A stretch of 64,000 nt of DNA from Patescibacteria group bacterium (lineage in GTDB: Bacteria > Patescibacteriota > Patescibacteriia > UM-FILTER-42-10), in the NCBI GenBank assembly GCA_041664365.1, contig JBAYKW010000001.1:308465-372464 (forward strand), in the 5' to 3' direction. Both the position numbers and the translations under genes were made by a program. Shown one piece after another: positions 39,431-49,532 of the stretch. Position 1 is the first letter of the stretch. Each line of letters opens with the position of its first letter. Below the pieces are notes generated by a model. It did no database searches, was not told the DNA's origin, and saw only the letters and a list, made by a program, of their open reading frames with translations.

Positions 39431-40639
39431 GTGCAAAATAATAGACTTTCATTACTCATAATTTCCGAACCATTCCCTAATATAAACAATTCGTTTTTGG
39501 GTACTTTTGTAGTAAATCAAGTTAATGAATTAACTAAAAAATATAATGTTGTAGTAATAACCCTATACGGACCCTCAATATATAACTTGTTTGTGAAACA
39601 TCAGAAAAAGATAATTCATAAAGAAAATCTGACTATTTATTACATAAGATATTATCCTATGTGGATGGTTGGGCTAAGAGTCTTAAGGCTGATATCAGGA
39701 AAAACACTATGTTTACTAAACAAAAAGTACTCTTCAAAAAAAGTACTAAAACTTGCTGTAAAGATTAACCAAAAACACAAATTTGATTTAGTCCATGGAC
39801 ATGAAATATATATTGGAGATGAATCTTCAAAAGTAGGAAAAGCACTTAATATTCCTTCCATATTTACATTACACGGATTATATCAATATCATGTTCAATG
39901 TTTTGGGAAAAAAGTGGTTAATAAAGCCATCGAAAACTTGGCGCATTTTAACAAACTAATTTCTGTTTCCAAAATAGCGGCCAATTCGTATCTAAGCAAC
40001 GGCTTAAATCATATAAATTTCGAAATTATTCCCAACGGCATTACACTTAAGAACAATCTTAAACCAACAAACAGAATATCTTCTTTCACTAAAAATAAAA
40101 CTGTTCTGCTAACGGTTGGATTTTTCGTTCCAGAAAAAAGAATTAGTAAGTCAATCGAAGCCTTATATAGTTTGAAATTATCAGGTTATCGTGATATAGT
40201 TTTGCTGATTGTTGGGACTGGTAAGCTTAAATCAAAATTAGAAAGATTAGTAAAAAGATTAAATTTATCTGATTCAGTATTATTTACAGGACAGATATTA
40301 CCTGAACAAATGTCGTCGATCTATTCAGTCGCCAATATTCTAGTACATCCAAGTATTGTAGACAGTTTTTCAATGGTCTGCTTAGAGGCCATGTCATATG
40401 GAATACCAATAATCTGTACAAAGAATATTGGTCTAGTTGAATATATCCATCCTGGTCGCGATTCAATTGTTATTGAACCAGACAACCAAGAACAACTTCA
40501 GAAAGCAGTAAAGAAACTTATCGATGATTCTAATTTTCGAATTGCAATAAGTCAGCAAGGTAAATTGACTGCTCAAACTCTATCTTCTTATGAGCAAACA
40601 CTAAAAGTTGAAAATATTTATGAAACATTTATTTCCTGA
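39431..40639 (+). CDS. Glycosyltransferase family 4
   Basis: C-terminal EAMSYGIPIICTKNIGLVEYI. Confidence 0.7.
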   Translation: MQNNRLSLLIISEPFPNINNSFLGTFVVNQVNELTKKYNVVVITLYGPSIYNLFVKHQKKIIHKENLTIYYIRYYPMWMVGLRVLRLISGKTLCLLNKKYSSKKVLKLAVKINQKHKFDLVHGHEIYIGDESSKVGKALNIPSIFTLHGLYQYHVQCFGKKVVNKAIENLAHFNKLISVSKIAANSYLSNGLNHINFEIIPNGITLKNNLKPTNRISSFTKNKTVLLTVGFFVPEKRISKSIEALYSLKLSGYRDIVLLIVGTGKLKSKLERLVKRLNLSDSVLFTGQILPEQMSSIYSVANILVHPSIVDSFSMVCLEAMSYGIPIICTKNIGLVEYIHPGRDSIVIEPDNQEQLQKAVKKLIDDSNFRIAISQQGKLTAQTLSSYEQTLKVENIYETFIS

Positions 40640-41894
40640 TGGACCAAAAAAAATCCTAATCATTTCTTCCTGGGCACCACCAATGATCGGCGGACCGCAG
40701 AGTCTTTATAATGTCTTTTCTCAATTTCCAAAAGATTCATATTCTATACTGACTTCATATAATATTATATGGGATACCCAGAAATCAAATGTTTCTGGGT
40801 CTTGGCTTCCATGTAAATATTATTTTTTTGATCATAAGGGAGAAATTAACGGTGGTAGTGTTAAAATTCTGACCGCCAGCAAAAATGTAAATATAGCGAA
40901 AAAGGTTTTCGACTTTTTTAAAGCACTGCCGGTTTTTAATTTAATTGTAATCTCAGCATTATTAGTTTATTCTATATTTTCTACCACAAAAAAAACTATT
41001 ACTATCAGTAAGCAAAACAAATTTAACATGCTGTTGGGATTATCAGATATTGGCTATGCTCTGATTAGCACCTATTTCGCTCATAAAATTACTAAAATCC
41101 CCTATGCACTCTATATATTTGATGTTTACAAGGGTTATAAATTTGAGTTACCCTATAAGTTTTTGGCTAGCTTGTTTGAGAAAGTTATTTTTAAAAACGC
41201 GAAAATAATAATCGTGACTAATAAAGCTACCGAAGATCTATATAAAAAAAGATACGGGGATAGTTTAAATATTAAGATAATACATAATTCAGTTTTTACG
41301 GATGCTTATGATAAAATCAGGGTTGAACGACATATTACAGCGCCATACAAAATTATTTTTACCGGTTATGTTTATTGGGCACAAGAGCAGAGTCTTTTAA
41401 ATTTAATTAAAGCTATGGAACAGCTAATAGATCTACCGGTAGAACTACTAATATATTCGCCAAAACCTACTGACGCTATCAGAAATTCGATTGTAAATAA
41501 AAATAATATCAAACTTCTGTCAGCAAATCAATCAGAAATTCCCAAGATCCAAAATGAGGCGACCTTATTATTCTTACCTCTTTCCTGGAACACTAATGCT
41601 CCCGCAATTATTACGACCGCTACTCCCGGAAAATATACTGATTATTTGGCCTCTGGTCGTCCTATGCTAGTGCATGCACCTGATTATGCTTATGTTTCTC
41701 AATATACCAAAGAAAATCAATTAGGATTGGTCGTTGATAAAAATGACATTCAATTACTGGCAGATACAATTAGAAATTTTATTAAATATCCCGGTAACGG
41801 TCAAAATTACGTTAATAATGCATTAAAAATATTTTATCAAAATCACGATGCTAAAAAAAATGCAAAAAAATTAGCAAAACTACTAGAAATTTAG
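40608..41894 (+). CDS. Glycosyltransferase, GT4-like (group 1)
   Basis: IIFTGYVYWAQEQSLLNLIKAM and a typical GT-B C-terminal pattern. The start is uncertain (an alternative ATG lies at 40620). Confidence 0.5.
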   Translation: MKIFMKHLFPDGPKKILIISSWAPPMIGGPQSLYNVFSQFPKDSYSILTSYNIIWDTQKSNVSGSWLPCKYYFFDHKGEINGGSVKILTASKNVNIAKKVFDFFKALPVFNLIVISALLVYSIFSTTKKTITISKQNKFNMLLGLSDIGYALISTYFAHKITKIPYALYIFDVYKGYKFELPYKFLASLFEKVIFKNAKIIIVTNKATEDLYKKRYGDSLNIKIIHNSVFTDAYDKIRVERHITAPYKIIFTGYVYWAQEQSLLNLIKAMEQLIDLPVELLIYSPKPTDAIRNSIVNKNNIKLLSANQSEIPKIQNEATLLFLPLSWNTNAPAIITTATPGKYTDYLASGRPMLVHAPDYAYVSQYTKENQLGLVVDKNDIQLLADTIRNFIKYPGNGQNYVNNALKIFYQNHDAKKNAKKLAKLLEI

Positions 41895-41913
41895 CATATA
41901 ATACTATCTTTAG

Positions 41914-42855
41914 ATGAATCATGATATACCGGAACCAAATAATGAAAAACACGCCATGGATTTATTATCAGTCCCCGACTGGCATACTAAACCCGGTAGT
42001 CATCTTTTGGAATTCGGACAAGCTGTACCGAAAATTCAACTGGAACATAATCAGGAGTTCATAGAGACATATCCGGAGGTTCAGGCTCTATGCAGAATCT
42101 TAGAATCCAGAAAAGATAAAAATTTGTTTAACGGCCCGCTTGCAAGTGTTGACAACGTAGCAATCGGCGATGACGGCTTGTCAATCAGTACGAAGGAAAC
42201 TGATTTTTTTTCATATTTAGCTTCTTCATACTATAACCGCGACCATGTCGGTGAAAATTCTGTAAGGCCATTGAGTGTGCAATCAACGATTTTTACTCCA
42301 GGCAACAAAAAAATAATTCTGGAGCGCCGACCGGAATCCATGGCTGACTCTCCAAATAAACTAAGTGTTTTTGGCGGATCTATAAAACCTGGCATACACC
42401 CCGATGATGCCATACTAGAAATCAGCAGGCGCAAGTTAGGCTTAGATTTATCACCTGATCAAATACAACCCAGCGGCCTGACCCGAGACAATATGGCCAA
42501 CATTTTTTGTGTTACGTATGCCGTCGAATTAACCGAGGAACAGTATCGGACTAAGTATGAGGAGGTTAAAGGTTTAATGCGAAGACATGAACGGATGTTT
42601 TATTTGGTTTCAACTGACGAAGCACAACACTCCATGGAACAAATATTGACCGGTAAAAGAACAATTGATCAATGGGATCCGAATGCTTTCTTTAATCTGC
42701 TTTATGCCCTATCCGCAAAGGGATTGCGCGATCCCCAGGAACTTGATGCAATTGTTAATGCCAATGATGCAATTTTGAAGGAATCACCATTACATCACAC
42801 TTTTCCGATTGAAAAATATCTAGGTCAGGTTTCTTTAGATAGGAAACCAGAATAA
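41914..42855 (+). CDS. Hypothetical protein (visibly less AT-rich than its neighbours)
   Basis: No confident family. The Nudix-box-like segment GGSIKPGIHPDDAILEISRRKLG lacks the catalytic glutamates. Confidence 0.35.
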   Translation: MNHDIPEPNNEKHAMDLLSVPDWHTKPGSHLLEFGQAVPKIQLEHNQEFIETYPEVQALCRILESRKDKNLFNGPLASVDNVAIGDDGLSISTKETDFFSYLASSYYNRDHVGENSVRPLSVQSTIFTPGNKKIILERRPESMADSPNKLSVFGGSIKPGIHPDDAILEISRRKLGLDLSPDQIQPSGLTRDNMANIFCVTYAVELTEEQYRTKYEEVKGLMRRHERMFYLVSTDEAQHSMEQILTGKRTIDQWDPNAFFNLLYALSAKGLRDPQELDAIVNANDAILKESPLHHTFPIEKYLGQVSLDRKPE

Positions 42856-42929
42856 TATATTCCTGAATTGACTCAATTGTATTAAATGTTATAATAAAAC
42901 CTATTATATTAAGAGATTAAAGCATATTT

Positions 42930-43967
42930 ATGGAACAATATAAAAATCATCTACAAGACAAGACGATAATGATTACTGGCGGAACAGGATCATTTGGTAA
43001 TGCTGTTGTTGATAAACTCCTACAATACAACCCTAAAAAAATTGTCATATTCAGCCGTGATGAAAAAAAGCAATTTGACATGGGTAATAAGTATAATTCT
43101 AACAAACTAAAATTTATAATCGGTGACGTCAGAGATAAAGATTCCGTCTCCCATGCTGTTTGTGATGTAAATTATATTTTTCATGCTGCCGCCTTAAAAC
43201 AAGTCCCGAATTGTGAATTTTTCCCTATTGAAGCCATAAAAACAAATACACTTGGTGTTCACAACATCATTGATTCTGCAATTGAAAATGATGTTGAGAG
43301 AGTTGTCGTCCTTAGTACGGATAAAGCCGTGTATCCTATCAACGTGATGGGCATGACAAAGGCACTGATGGAAAAAATAATGATTGCCGGCGCCCGTGAA
43401 AAACGCGGAAAGACAATTTTATGTGGTACTCGTTACGGTAACGTTATGTACACCCGCGGATCTGTTATTCCATACTTTATTGATTTAATCAAAGCTGGAA
43501 AGCCATTAAGGATTACAAAGCGAGACATGACCCGATTTATGATGTCTTTAGACCAATCAATTGACCTGGTTCTATATGCTTTAACCAACGGAAATAACGG
43601 TGATATATATGTAAGAAAAGCGCCGGCCGCTACAGTTGGTGATTTAGCGCAGGCAATGACGAATATTTTTAAATATAAACAGGGTGAAGAAGAAGTTGGA
43701 ATTCGCCCGGGGGAAAAGATGTATGAAACTTTAATCTCTTCTGAAGAATCCTACCGTGCTGAAGATTGCGGTGATTACTACAAAATAAATCCAGAAGTTC
43801 CTGATATGGATTATCGCGATTATTTTTTTAAGGGTGAAAAAGAAAATATCCTGCCTCACGCTGGTTATAACTCATCTAACACGAAGCAATTATCTGTAAA
43901 AGAAGTGGAGTCCATCCTTTTGGATCTGAATGAGATTCAGGAAGAAATTAAATTAATGGGTATATAA
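42930..43967 (+). CDS. fnlA: UDP-N-acetylglucosamine 4,6-dehydratase/5-epimerase (FnlA/Cap5E/WbjB family)
   Basis: ITGGTGSFGNAV, FSRDEKKQ, NSNKLKFIIGDVRD and HAAALKQVPNCEFFPIEAIKTN match the family signatures. Confidence 0.85.
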   Translation: MEQYKNHLQDKTIMITGGTGSFGNAVVDKLLQYNPKKIVIFSRDEKKQFDMGNKYNSNKLKFIIGDVRDKDSVSHAVCDVNYIFHAAALKQVPNCEFFPIEAIKTNTLGVHNIIDSAIENDVERVVVLSTDKAVYPINVMGMTKALMEKIMIAGAREKRGKTILCGTRYGNVMYTRGSVIPYFIDLIKAGKPLRITKRDMTRFMMSLDQSIDLVLYALTNGNNGDIYVRKAPAATVGDLAQAMTNIFKYKQGEEEVGIRPGEKMYETLISSEESYRAEDCGDYYKINPEVPDMDYRDYFFKGEKENILPHAGYNSSNTKQLSVKEVESILLDLNEIQEEIKLMGI

Positions 43968-44030
43968 AATAAGTTAACCGCAGATTATACGTCACAACAA
44001 CTGGAAATTAAAAAGGATCAGCGTGGTAAA

Positions 44031-44357
44031 TTGATCGAAGTTTTTAAACTTCCCGACGTCGGTCAGGTTTTTTATTCTGTTTCAAAACCAGGCGTAATCA
44101 GAGGCAATCATTATCACAAAAGAAAAATTGAAACTTTTTGTGTAATAGAAGGTGAAGCATTAATCCGTATGAGAAACCGTTCAACAGATGAGATCAAAGA
44201 ATTCAAAGTATCCGGAGACAAACCCCAGCTGATTGAAATGCGAATTAATTGGACGCACAATATTCAAAATACCAGCCAATCCGAAATGAGATTATTAGTT
44301 TGGGCTAATGAAGTATTCGATCCGAATGATCCGGATACATTTGCAGAAAATGTGTAA
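44031..44357 (+). CDS. Stand-alone cupin corresponding to the C-terminal domain of Cap5F/FnlB
   Basis: RGNHYHK and WTHNIQN. The homology (LEIKKDQRGKLIEVF) extends upstream of the TTG start, in frame with fnlA. Confidence 0.5.
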   Translation: MIEVFKLPDVGQVFYSVSKPGVIRGNHYHKRKIETFCVIEGEALIRMRNRSTDEIKEFKVSGDKPQLIEMRINWTHNIQNTSQSEMRLLVWANEVFDPNDPDTFAENV

Positions 44358-44397
44358 ATTTAAAGTTTTAAAATATAATTAATACCGAATCTAATTT

Positions 44398-45540
44398 ATG
44401 AAAAAAGAAATCAAGAAATTAAAAATTATTACAATTTTTGGGACACGTCCAGAAATCATCAGGATGTCACAAGTTTTTACAAAATTAGACCAATATTTGA
44501 ATCACGTAATGGTTCACACTGGTCAGAGTTTTGATTATGAAATGAATAAAATTTTTTTTGACAATCTGAAAATTCGAAAACCTGATTATTTTCTTGATAT
44601 AAAAGCTGCGTCACTTGGTGAACAAATAGCAAATATAATTTCCAGAAGTGAAACTGTATTTAAAAAAGAATCACCGGATGCTTTGCTTTTATTAGGCGAC
44701 ACCAATAGTGCACTATCCACTATTGTTGCTAAAAGAATGAAAATACCTATTTTCCATCTGGAGGCCGGTAACCGCAGTTTTGATGAAAATGTCCCGGAAG
44801 AAATCAACCGACGTATTGTTGATCATATCAGCGACATCAACCTGCCATATAGTGAAAATGCCAGATTGAATTTACTAAGGGAAGGGATACATCCCGGCAC
44901 AATGTTTGTTACAGGTTCACCGCTAGCTGAAATATTGCATAAAAATAAGAAATCAATTGATAAATCAAATATTGTCAAGGAATTGAAACTGCCACCAAAT
45001 AAATTTTTTGTTGTCAGCTTACATCGTGAAGAAAATGTTGATTCAAAAAAATCCTTCAAAACACTGATTGATATCCTTAATGATGTTGCCGAAACATATA
45101 AACTGCCCCTGATTGTCACTACTCACCCAAGAACCAGAAAGAGATTGCTGGAAGAAAAACTAAAAACGAATAAACTGATTAAATTCTGTAAACCTTTTGG
45201 TTTTTTTGATTACATCAAACTACAAAAAAATGCATTCTGCGTTATTTCTGACAGTGGTACTATTCAGGAAGAATGTTCAAATTTGCAATTTCCGGCCATT
45301 CAAGTACGTAACAGTTCTGAACGTCCAGAAGCTTTTGATGAGGGTGTGACAATCTTAACTGGTCTGGATAAAGATAATGTACTAAAATCTATTGAGATCG
45401 TCACACAACAACATAAATCCGGTGAAAAGTTCAAAATCCCCCATTCTTATCAGGATACGAATTTTTCCAGCAAGGTTTTACGCCACGTGGTCAGTTTAAC
45501 GAAAATTATTCAGAAACGACGTGGTTCTCCAATGGTATAA
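44398..45540 (+). CDS. fnlC: UDP-N-acetylglucosamine 2-epimerase (non-hydrolysing; FnlC/Cap5G/WecB family)
   Basis: IFGTRPEIIRM, HTGQSFDYEM, LLGDTNSAL and HLEAGNRSFD. Confidence 0.85.
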   Translation: MKKEIKKLKIITIFGTRPEIIRMSQVFTKLDQYLNHVMVHTGQSFDYEMNKIFFDNLKIRKPDYFLDIKAASLGEQIANIISRSETVFKKESPDALLLLGDTNSALSTIVAKRMKIPIFHLEAGNRSFDENVPEEINRRIVDHISDINLPYSENARLNLLREGIHPGTMFVTGSPLAEILHKNKKSIDKSNIVKELKLPPNKFFVVSLHREENVDSKKSFKTLIDILNDVAETYKLPLIVTTHPRTRKRLLEEKLKTNKLIKFCKPFGFFDYIKLQKNAFCVISDSGTIQEECSNLQFPAIQVRNSSERPEAFDEGVTILTGLDKDNVLKSIEIVTQQHKSGEKFKIPHSYQDTNFSSKVLRHVVSLTKIIQKRRGSPMV

Positions 45541-45563
45541 ATGTAGTTAATAGATACGGATAC

Positions 45564-46451
45564 ATGAAAACAATTGCCATAACTGCCCCGAATAGCCTTT
45601 CGGGAAGCATGATGTATAGTGTACTGAAAGAAAATTTCCGTCTAGTACTTATATGCGAAAGTAAGGATAAATTGGCATTGCTAGAAAATATTTATGGCAA
45701 ATGTTTAAAACATAATGCTATAATCTTCGATTTGATGGATTTATATCAAGACTACGTTACGGGATTTTTAAATCAACCTGACGGTCTGAATATAAGCAAA
45801 CTAGTAGATAAAATCGGGGAAGTAGATGCATTTATCAATTGTGCGACTATAACTAATCCCCATATTAAGCAAGATCCGGTCAAGGCTTTTTTTATTAACA
45901 GCAGTCTGCCACATATTTTAAGTCAGATTTATGGTGACAAGTTAATACATATTGCCACTGATTGTGTTTTTGATGGACAAATCGGCGCTCCTTATAATGA
46001 AAAATCGATCCATCATCCAACTGACGCTTATGGTTTGACAAGAAGTCTGGGCGAGCCGGCTGATCAGTCGCTTGTTTTACGCGTATCACTTGTCGGTCCG
46101 GAGATAGATAGTTCTGATTCGCTGATTGAATGGTTAAAAAAGAACAAGAGTAAAACGATTGATGGTTTTACAAATCATACTTGGAATGGTCTTACATCTC
46201 GTGAGTTTGCATTAATTTGCCAAGAGATAATCAATAACCGCAATCAATATCCCAAAACAGGTCTTTTTCACCTATTCTCTACAAATGTTACAAAGTATGA
46301 CATGCTAATTAAATTCAAAGAAAAATACAATATTGATGTTAATATCAATCCGAGTCAATCAACATCAATTGATCGACGTTTAGATACTGCATTTGATTTA
46401 TGCAGGAAGTTTAATATTCCTTCCTTTGATGAAATGTTAAAAGAATTGTAA
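45564..46451 (+). CDS. RmlD-substrate-binding-family reductase-like protein with a degenerate NAD(P) motif (candidate FnlB/Cap5F N-terminal-domain equivalent)
   Basis: The IAITAPNSLSG segment stands in place of GxxGxxG, and a C-terminal region resembles RmlD/Cap5F. Confidence 0.4.
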   Translation: MKTIAITAPNSLSGSMMYSVLKENFRLVLICESKDKLALLENIYGKCLKHNAIIFDLMDLYQDYVTGFLNQPDGLNISKLVDKIGEVDAFINCATITNPHIKQDPVKAFFINSSLPHILSQIYGDKLIHIATDCVFDGQIGAPYNEKSIHHPTDAYGLTRSLGEPADQSLVLRVSLVGPEIDSSDSLIEWLKKNKSKTIDGFTNHTWNGLTSREFALICQEIINNRNQYPKTGLFHLFSTNVTKYDMLIKFKEKYNIDVNINPSQSTSIDRRLDTAFDLCRKFNIPSFDEMLKEL

Positions 46452-46480
46452 GTATTATATTAAAACCTGATTCTATTTCA

Positions 46481-46640
46481 GATACTGATAATGAATCACT
46501 GAGAAGCGAAGAAGTGAGCAGATTAGTGAATATTGCTAATGATGAGAGGTATAGTAAGGTGGAAATGTTCTCATCTAAAATACTTTCTTATTTTGGAGAA
46601 ATGTATGTGATAATGTTGGTCATTTTCCACATACATTAAA
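46481..46640 (+). pseudogene. Frameshifted remnant of a GT2 glycosyltransferase (paralogue of the 50367-51419 gene)
   Basis: It translates to SRLVNIANDERYSKVEMFSSKILSYF then, after a frame change, DNVGHF. This compares with SRLVNVANDEKYSKVGMFSPKILSYFDRNVFDNVGHLIY in the intact GT2. Confidence 0.55.
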
Positions 46641-46700
46641 AATTCACAGTTCTTTTAATCTGCAGACTTTTCTCTATATTGATTTACATTAATTTTGGTT

Positions 46701-48257
46701 TTAGATTAACTCAAACAGCAATGCATCGTTCGAATTAAACAAACTATTGTAATAAATTTTATTGCTAAACATCTCAGCTAAGTTATCAATATTTTTATTT
46801 CCTTCTTGATTCGGCTTCATTAGCAAAAAATACTTAATATTATTATTTTTAAAGAAATAAATACTTGATTTCAAATCAGGCTGATTAAATGCCAGACAAG
46901 CATCATTATTTTCTCCACACAGTTTCAATTCAGTAGTTATATGTTGAATACTCCTTTCACTAATCATTACATCATGATTAGTTTGTGATACTCCATTAAC
47001 ATGAGAAAAGATCAGATCATCATTTTTAGAAACTGTTTTTAACAAATTAAGTGCCCTAATTTGGTTATTCGTTACAATATTTGAATTATCATATAATTCT
47101 TTTACTCTACTGGTACTACTAATAATAAGTATCACAAACATAGTCATGATAAATATAAATAGTTTTGAATTATTCCTAACCTTAGTCAACAAATAATTTA
47201 ATGGATAAACCGCAAAGAAGGCAATAAAAACACCGGCTAGAAAAACAATCCTCTCATAGTAGAAATCAATGCCAAGTCTGTAAGTTTGTAATATGATCAA
47301 CAGCATTAATATCCAAAATAGTGGGAATATCCTGTAGGATAGTAAGTTTTTCCGAATCTGAATAATATAAAATACTATTCCAGTAACTCCAAAGGTAAAA
47401 AGAAAAGGACCTAAGTATTCACCATATTGAGAAACCAATATCGGGCCTCTAAACTTATCTCCGTTAGTGCTTCCCCAGAAAGAGACAATCCCCTCTTTAA
47501 TTACAGGATAATATGCATATAATGCATATCCAATTAACGAGAAGACAAACAAAATAATAATTCCGCCTTTGTAACGGCCCAATTTCTTCAATTTACTATG
47601 AAGGATATGTTTTAATTGCTTGTTAATTAGAAATAGATATATAATGTACAATGCAATTGTTATCAATAGAACCGGAGCGGTCAAGTACTTGTGGGTAAAA
47701 TATAGTGTGATAATAAAGAAAATTATTAGTAAAAGTAGTTTATTTTTTTTTGTGCGACTGTAGCTATAAATCAAATAGTATATAATATTTACATATGTAA
47801 AAGCCAACAAATTGGAAACAGTCGATCCTGCAAACAATCTGATAATAGCAAAACTTCCTAGCACTGCGATCGGAAACAATACAGCGGTCATGCTATTGAA
47901 AGTTTTTCCAACAAGATAACTTGTCAGAACAATTAATACTATGAGAAAAAGTTGGTAGATTGAAAATAGTGGATAAGTAAAGTCAAGCCCGGTAAACTGA
48001 TTGATGAGTACAATGTTAATATCGGTCAATGGCGATGGATATGCATAAAATCCATTATAGGTTGCCTGATACGCTTTCGGCACAATTTGATTACTGGTTA
48101 TCCATTGAGCATCATTAATATATGTAATGGCGTCGGTGCCGACCGGAATTGGCTTGATAACAGGATAATAAAAAACCAAAAGTGCTAAAATTACTTCTAA
48201 AAATACAATTAGAGCAATTAATTTTTTTGATTTACCAATATATGAAATCATATCCAA
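46701..48257 (-). CDS. Large polytopic membrane protein, GT-C-like or polymerase-like
   Basis: 518 aa with about 12 TM segments and a C-terminal soluble domain of about 120 aa. Confidence 0.45.
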   Translation of the reverse strand: MDMISYIGKSKKLIALIVFLEVILALLVFYYPVIKPIPVGTDAITYINDAQWITSNQIVPKAYQATYNGFYAYPSPLTDINIVLINQFTGLDFTYPLFSIYQLFLIVLIVLTSYLVGKTFNSMTAVLFPIAVLGSFAIIRLFAGSTVSNLLAFTYVNIIYYLIYSYSRTKKNKLLLLIIFFIITLYFTHKYLTAPVLLITIALYIIYLFLINKQLKHILHSKLKKLGRYKGGIIILFVFSLIGYALYAYYPVIKEGIVSFWGSTNGDKFRGPILVSQYGEYLGPFLFTFGVTGIVFYIIQIRKNLLSYRIFPLFWILMLLIILQTYRLGIDFYYERIVFLAGVFIAFFAVYPLNYLLTKVRNNSKLFIFIMTMFVILIISSTSRVKELYDNSNIVTNNQIRALNLLKTVSKNDDLIFSHVNGVSQTNHDVMISERSIQHITTELKLCGENNDACLAFNQPDLKSSIYFFKNNNIKYFLLMKPNQEGNKNIDNLAEMFSNKIYYNSLFNSNDALLFELI

Positions 48258-48318
48258 ACTACTTTATTTTCAATTTTATTAAATAATATACCAGACAGTT
48301 CATTTAAATTACTAATCA

Positions 48319-49461
48319 TTACCTAATTAATGCAGTTTTATACATACATTCAACTTTTTTTGCAATAGAATCCCAGGTATATTGATCTTCCACCTTTCTT
48401 CGACCGTTTTGTCCTAAGCGCCTTGCATAAACTGAATCTTTTAGTAGAATACCAATTTTATCTGTTAAATCTTTTACATTTCCCTTTTCAAATAATAATC
48501 CATTTACTCCGTCATTAACAACCGTTCTTACTCCTGGTAGATTACTTGCTATCACGGGTTTAGCACAGGCCATTGCTTCTATTAAAACTAAGCCAAACGA
48601 CTCAACTTTTGTTGATGGCAGGACAAGTAAATCAGCTTGTATTAGGTGTTGTAATGCTTCTTTATTACTTAATTTACCGACAAAAGATATTTGCTGTGAT
48701 ATACCTAATTCTTTAGCTAATTTAATGTATTTCTCTTTTAAATCTCCGTCACCAATAACTAATAAATGCGCTTTATTAGTAAATGATTTAAAAGCTTCAA
48801 ATAATATATCCAATCTCTTAAAGTAGTGAGCTTTATCCAAAGTACCAATAAATGCTATAATAAATTTTTTTTCTTCAATCTTATATTCTTTTCTTACATC
48901 TGGCCGTTCTAGTATTTGAGTAAAATCCTCTAAATTAATACCATTGGGAATAATAGCAACCTTGCCTTCTTTCTTCTTTAAGTAACTCACTTGAGAATGA
49001 TTAATATGATCATCAGATAAACCTAGCACCATTTTTGCTCCATCCATAACAGATTTTTGAAAAAATAGATTATATACTTGAAAAATAGTTTTTTTTAATA
49101 GACTATCGCCCTCGGCATCTTGATGATAGGTTATTACATAAGGAATATTTCTTTTTTTTGCGGCTTGTTTAACAATAATATCACCACCAAAAAAAGGATA
49201 ATGTAGGTGGATAATATCAAATCCAATAAGTATTTTTTTAAGAGATGGCAAAACACTCGCATTTCCAATTGAATAATACGGTTTTAAATATTTTATCTTG
49301 AAAGGCATATTCAATTTATGCGATAATCTTTTTTCGGTTTCAGGTAAAAATACAGTTACATCATGTCCTAAAATAGATAGTTTTTTTGATAAATTGTAAC
49401 AGACATTTCCAGATCCTCCTTCATAGGGCGGAAAAGTTGAAGTTACTTGGGCTATTCGCAT
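48319..49461 (-). CDS. Glycosyltransferase family 4
   Basis: RIAQVTSTFPPYEGGSGNV N-terminus and a C-terminal EAMACAKPVIASNLPG region. Confidence 0.75.
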   Translation of the reverse strand: MRIAQVTSTFPPYEGGSGNVCYNLSKKLSILGHDVTVFLPETEKRLSHKLNMPFKIKYLKPYYSIGNASVLPSLKKILIGFDIIHLHYPFFGGDIIVKQAAKKRNIPYVITYHQDAEGDSLLKKTIFQVYNLFFQKSVMDGAKMVLGLSDDHINHSQVSYLKKKEGKVAIIPNGINLEDFTQILERPDVRKEYKIEEKKFIIAFIGTLDKAHYFKRLDILFEAFKSFTNKAHLLVIGDGDLKEKYIKLAKELGISQQISFVGKLSNKEALQHLIQADLLVLPSTKVESFGLVLIEAMACAKPVIASNLPGVRTVVNDGVNGLLFEKGNVKDLTDKIGILLKDSVYARRLGQNGRRKVEDQYTWDSIAKKVECMYKTALIR

Positions 49462-49532
49462 TTTGTTTTATTCAATTCCATTTAACTATTACGAATCTTT
49501 ATTACCTAGAAATGTTTTTTGTCTGCAACTTT

